In this document: positions 60,411-64,000 of the stretch, in pieces
Layout: each line of letters begins with the position of its first letter
How positions within the stretch are numbered: the stretch's first letter is position 1
Assembly: GCA_035299765.1 (NCBI GenBank)
Contig: DATGVZ010000095.1
Coordinates: 22,066 to 86,065 of the forward strand
DNA length: 64,000 bases
Reading direction: 5' to 3'
Source: Gemmatimonadales bacterium
Lineage (GTDB): Bacteria; Gemmatimonadota; Gemmatimonadetes; Gemmatimonadales; GWC2-71-9
Notes under the pieces: generated by a model
The model's input: only the letters and a program-made list of their open reading frames with translations
Told to the model about the DNA's origin: nothing
Database searches by the model: none
Translations under genes and position numbers: made by a program

Positions 60411-61670
60411 ATGCCCGGTCTCAACGGACGTCGCGTGGCAGTCGTTGCCGGCGTCCGTACGCCGTTCGCGAAAGCAGGCACGGTCCTCAAAGACGTGCGG
60501 GCCGTGGATCTGGGTCGCTACGCGGCGCGCGAGCTCCTCGAGCGCACGAACCTCGATGGCGACGAAGTGGACGAAGTCGTCTTCGGCCAGGTCGTGCCTT
60601 CGGCGCTCGTGCCCAACATCGGGCGCGAGGTCAGCCTCCTGCCGCAGTTTCCGAAGGAGATTCCCGCCTACTCGGTAAACCGCGCCTGCGCATCCGCGAC
60701 TCAGGCCATTACTTCCGGGGGCGATCAGATCGTACTGGGTAACGCGAACATCGTGATCGCGGGAGGCGCGGAGGCGCTGTCCGATATTCCCATCCTCGCG
60801 TCGCGTCGTCTTGCCGACATCCTCGTGGAAGCCAGCAAAGCGAAATCGGTAGGCGCGCGCATCAAGACGTTCGCGAAAATTCGACCGCGCGACCTGATCC
60901 CTGTAGCCCCCGCGATCGCCGAGCCGTCTACCGGCGAATCGATGGGCCAGTCGGCCGAGAAAATGGCCAAAGAGAATCACATTTCCCGCGAGGCGCAGGA
61001 TCGCTGGGCGCTCCGCAGCCATACGCTTGCCGCCAAGGGCACCGCCGATGGCCGGCTCACGGCCGAGATCGTGCCGTGGTTATCGGCCAAGTCTGGCGAG
61101 GCCGTCGTAAAGCAGGACAACGGCATTAGGACAGATACGTCGCTCGAACAGATGGCCAAGCTCAAGCCGGTATTCGACCGGCGCTACGGCACGGTCACGG
61201 CGGCGAACGCCTCCCCGCTGACGGATGGCGCGTCGGCCGTGCTGTTGATGAGCGCCGAGGCCGCGCGCGCGCTTGGGTACGAGCCGCTCACGTTCATTCG
61301 ATCGTACGCGGTCGCGGCCGTTGATCCAGGGTGGCAGCTGCTGCAGGCGCCGCTCTGGGCGGTCCCCAAAGCGCTGGAACGCGCGGGCATACAATGGAAG
61401 GACCTCGGTCTCATCGAAATGCATGAGGCGTTCGCGTCACAGGTGCTCTCGAATCTCCAGGGCTTCGCGGCGAAGGGGTGGGAGATCAACGAGGACATCA
61501 TCAACGTGATGGGCGGTTCGATCGCCATCGGGCATCCGTTCGGCGCGACCGGCGGCCGTCTCGTCACGACGCTCTCGAACGAGATGCGCCGCCGCGATGT
61601 CCAGTTCGGTCTGATTTCCGTCTGCGCGCAGGGCGGGATGGGATTCGCCATGGTCCTGGAACGCCCGTAG
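60411..61670 (+). CDS. fadA: acetyl-CoA C-acyltransferase (thiolase)
   Basis: ORF 60171..61670 trimmed to MPGLNGRRVAVVAGVRTPF, with GGAGG upstream. Contains VNRACASA (active Cys) and GGMGFAMVLE. Confidence 0.9.
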   Translation: MPGLNGRRVAVVAGVRTPFAKAGTVLKDVRAVDLGRYAARELLERTNLDGDEVDEVVFGQVVPSALVPNIGREVSLLPQFPKEIPAYSVNRACASATQAITSGGDQIVLGNANIVIAGGAEALSDIPILASRRLADILVEASKAKSVGARIKTFAKIRPRDLIPVAPAIAEPSTGESMGQSAEKMAKENHISREAQDRWALRSHTLAAKGTADGRLTAEIVPWLSAKSGEAVVKQDNGIRTDTSLEQMAKLKPVFDRRYGTVTAANASPLTDGASAVLLMSAEAARALGYEPLTFIRSYAVAAVDPGWQLLQAPLWAVPKALERAGIQWKDLGLIEMHEAFASQVLSNLQGFAAKGWEINEDIINVMGGSIAIGHPFGATGGRLVTTLSNEMRRRDVQFGLISVCAQGGMGFAMVLERP

Positions 61671-63826
61671 TGGCGGCGACCGCTCCCGCGCTCACCGCTC
61701 CCGCAGTCACCTGGGAGGTCACCGACGGCATCGCGACCGTCGTGCTCGATCTCAAAGGTCAGCCGGTCAACGTGATATCGCGCGCGGTGAAGGACGAATT
61801 CCTCGCCTGCTTCGCCGCATTAGCCGACGATGCGCGCGTGCGCGCCGTCGCCTTCTTCTCCGGTAAGGCCGACAACTTCATCGCCGGCGCGGACATCGAA
61901 GAATTCGTGACGCTCAGTTCCGCGGCGGAAGCGGAGCGGTTGTCGGCCGACGGCCAGGAGATGCTCGATCGCGTCGCCCGATTCCCGAAACCCATCGCCG
62001 TCGGCATCCACGGCGCGTGCCTCGGCGGCGGATTCGAGTTCGCGCTCGCCTGCCACTACCGCGTCGCCACCGATCACCCCAAGACGCAAATCGGTTTGCC
62101 CGAAGTGCAGCTGGGCATCCTGCCGGCGGCCGGCGGCTGCCAGCGCCTGCCCCGGCTCGTCGGTGTGCGCGCCGCGCTCGATATGATTCTGGCGGGCAAA
62201 TCGGAACGGGCGGCGAAGGCATTCCGTTTGGGAATGGTCGACGAGCTGGTGCCTCCTGCAATTCTCGCTGAGATAACGGTCGGTGCCGCACGGCGGATGG
62301 CCGGGGGCTGGAGACCGAAGCGCAAGCGTCGCGGTGGCATCATGGGCTTCCTGCTCGATGGCAATCCGCTGGGGCGACTTCTGGTCTATCGCACCGCTCG
62401 GAAACAGGTGCTGGAGAGAACCGGCGGGCATTATCCGGCCCCACTCGCTGCGCTCGAGGCGGTCGAGTACGGCATGCGCCACGGAATCGCCGAGGGGTTG
62501 AAGCGAGAAGCGCAGCTCTTCGGTCAGCTCGCCGTCACCGATGTCTCGCGCAAACTGGTTCAGATCTTCTTCGCGACGAATGAGCTCAAGAAAGACCCCG
62601 GCATTCCCAATGCGCCACCCCCGGTCCGAGTTCATCGCCTCGGCATCATCGGTTCGGGGTTCATGGGCTCCGGGATCGCGGGCACCGCCGTCGCGCAGGC
62701 GGAAGTGGACGTCCGCATGAAGGACGCCGACTTGGGCCGAGTCGCACAGGGAATTCTCGCCGCGCGCGCGATCCTCGACGACCGGCTGAAACGGCGCCGC
62801 ATCACGAAGTACGAGTACGCGCGGCTCATCGCGCTGCTGTCCGGCGGTGACAGTTACGCCGGATTTGGCAGGGCCGAGCTGGCGATCGAGGCCGTCTTCG
62901 AAGAGCTGGGCGTCAAGCAACAAGTGCTGCGAGAGGCCGAAGCGGTGCTTCCGTCCGCCGGCGTGTTTGCGTCGAACACGTCTACGATTCCGATCACGCG
63001 CATCGCGGAGGCGGCGCGCGCGCCGGAGCGGGTGATCGGGATGCATTTCTTTTCGCCGGTCGCGAAGATGCCGTTGCTCGAGGTCATTCCGGGCGCGCGC
63101 ACGTCGCCGCAGACTGTGAGCACGGCGGTTTCCTTCGGGCGGCGCATCGGCAAGACGGTGATCGTGGTGCAGGACAGTCCTGGCTTCTGGGTAAACCGCA
63201 TTCTCGCGCCCTACGGCAACGAAGTCGGGCATCTGCTCGCCGAGGGTGCGTCGATCGAAGACATCGACGCGATGGCCGTGCGGTTCGGATTTCCCGTCGG
63301 CCCGGTTACGCTGCTGGATGAGGTCGGACTCGACGTCGCGGTCAAAGTCGCCGGAGTCATGCAGTCGGCGTACGGCGATCGGATAGTTCCGGCCCCTGGC
63401 CCCGGGATTGCCGCCCTCGTGAAGGAAGGCCGGTTGGGCCGCAAGTCGGGCCGCGGTTTCTACATCTATAAAGGCGGCAAGAAGCGCGGTGTGGACGAGA
63501 GCGTCTACGGCCTGCTCGGCATTCATCCGAACGGCGGGCCCAGACCGGCGGAGATCCTCCAGCGTTTGGTGCTCGGCCTGGTCAATGAAGCCGCGCGCGC
63601 ACTCGGCGAGGGCGTCGTGAGAAGTCCGCGCGACGGTGATATCGGCGCGATCTTCGGGTTCGGCTTTCCGCCGTTTCGCGGGGGACCGCTGCGCTACGCG
63701 GACGACTTGGGTGCCGAGCGCGTGGTCAGTGATCTCGAGCGCCTGGCCGAGCGCCATGGTGTTCGGTTCGCACCCAGCGAGGTCCTTCAGGAGCATGCCC
63801 GCCGCGGCACCAAGTTCTATTCCTGA
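61670..63826 (+). CDS. fadJ: fatty-acid oxidation complex alpha subunit (enoyl-CoA hydratase / 3-hydroxyacyl-CoA dehydrogenase)
   Basis: In-frame GTG at 61670 overlapping the thiolase TAG. Crotonase motifs (FIAGADI, GGGFEFALAC) and the NAD-binding IIGSGFMGSGIA. Confidence 0.9.
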   Translation: MAATAPALTAPAVTWEVTDGIATVVLDLKGQPVNVISRAVKDEFLACFAALADDARVRAVAFFSGKADNFIAGADIEEFVTLSSAAEAERLSADGQEMLDRVARFPKPIAVGIHGACLGGGFEFALACHYRVATDHPKTQIGLPEVQLGILPAAGGCQRLPRLVGVRAALDMILAGKSERAAKAFRLGMVDELVPPAILAEITVGAARRMAGGWRPKRKRRGGIMGFLLDGNPLGRLLVYRTARKQVLERTGGHYPAPLAALEAVEYGMRHGIAEGLKREAQLFGQLAVTDVSRKLVQIFFATNELKKDPGIPNAPPPVRVHRLGIIGSGFMGSGIAGTAVAQAEVDVRMKDADLGRVAQGILAARAILDDRLKRRRITKYEYARLIALLSGGDSYAGFGRAELAIEAVFEELGVKQQVLREAEAVLPSAGVFASNTSTIPITRIAEAARAPERVIGMHFFSPVAKMPLLEVIPGARTSPQTVSTAVSFGRRIGKTVIVVQDSPGFWVNRILAPYGNEVGHLLAEGASIEDIDAMAVRFGFPVGPVTLLDEVGLDVAVKVAGVMQSAYGDRIVPAPGPGIAALVKEGRLGRKSGRGFYIYKGGKKRGVDESVYGLLGIHPNGGPRPAEILQRLVLGLVNEAARALGEGVVRSPRDGDIGAIFGFGFPPFRGGPLRYADDLGAERVVSDLERLAERHGVRFAPSEVLQEHARRGTKFYS

Positions 63827-64000
63827 TGCTGCGAGCTGTCTTTCTGTGGTTGAGCGAACAGCCGCGCATTTTCGGCTTCGTGCGGAAAAACCGTCTCGCG
63901 CGCAAACTGGCATCGCGGTTCGTCGCCGGTGAGACCGCCACGGAAGCGATCAACACGCTCGCTGAGCTGAATCACGGCAACCTCTCCGCGTCGCTCGACC
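63826..64000 (+). CDS. proline dehydrogenase family protein (N-terminal fragment, runs off the window)
   Basis: MLRAVFLWLSEQPRIFGFV..ASRFVAGETATEAINTLAELN. The ATG overlaps the fadJ TGA by 1 nt. Confidence 0.65.
   Translation, partial: MLRAVFLWLSEQPRIFGFVRKNRLARKLASRFVAGETATEAINTLAELNHGNLSASLD

Noticed and set aside
61820-63913. 697-aa minus-strand ORF
   Set aside because: It is antisense to fadJ, which carries clear crotonase and NAD-binding motifs.

Overview
GC-rich bacterial chromosomal segment, densely packed with about 60 protein genes. Many are chained by 1-4 nt start/stop overlaps. The content is core housekeeping, not an island. I saw no integrase, transposase, CRISPR array, tRNA or rRNA. 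Gene content (GWxTD protein, TPR-tailed Ser/Thr kinases, HEAT-repeat proteins, a four-helix-bundle cassette) suggests a Gemmatimonadota- or Acidobacteriota-like organism, but that is only an inference.

Recognisable blocks:
- polA, a cold-shock gene, pyrE and rnd
- thiC behind a clear TPP riboswitch, with def upstream
- a sufB-C-D-U-S operon
- an ABC-2 exporter
- mnmG, then two consensus parS sites, then parA-parB-M23 peptidase-bactofilin
- queG
- a six-gene overlapping operon: class-V PLP enzyme, LOG, deoxyhypusine-synthase-like protein, MFS, ATP-grasp, 4x zinc-ribbon HExxH protein
- a TsdA-like diheme cytochrome c with a Tat-exported DsrE-like protein
- a HEAT-repeat protein with 93-bp periodicity
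- glpD and fadA-fadJ

Most second-look-worthy items:
1. A four-helix-bundle (23S rRNA IVS-protein family) gene enclosed by a roughly 40-nt inverted repeat in the spacer before mnmG.
2. The parS-parAB-M23-bactofilin unit, and the AT-rich spacer with DnaA-box-like motifs just after it.
3. The LOG / DHS-like / ATP-grasp / zinc-ribbon-peptidase operon.
4. An AmmeMemoRadiSam-type radical SAM gene that lacks its usual partners and is coupled to a membrane-anchored matrixin.

The many long ORFs lying antisense to recognisable genes are treated as GC-driven shadow ORFs.
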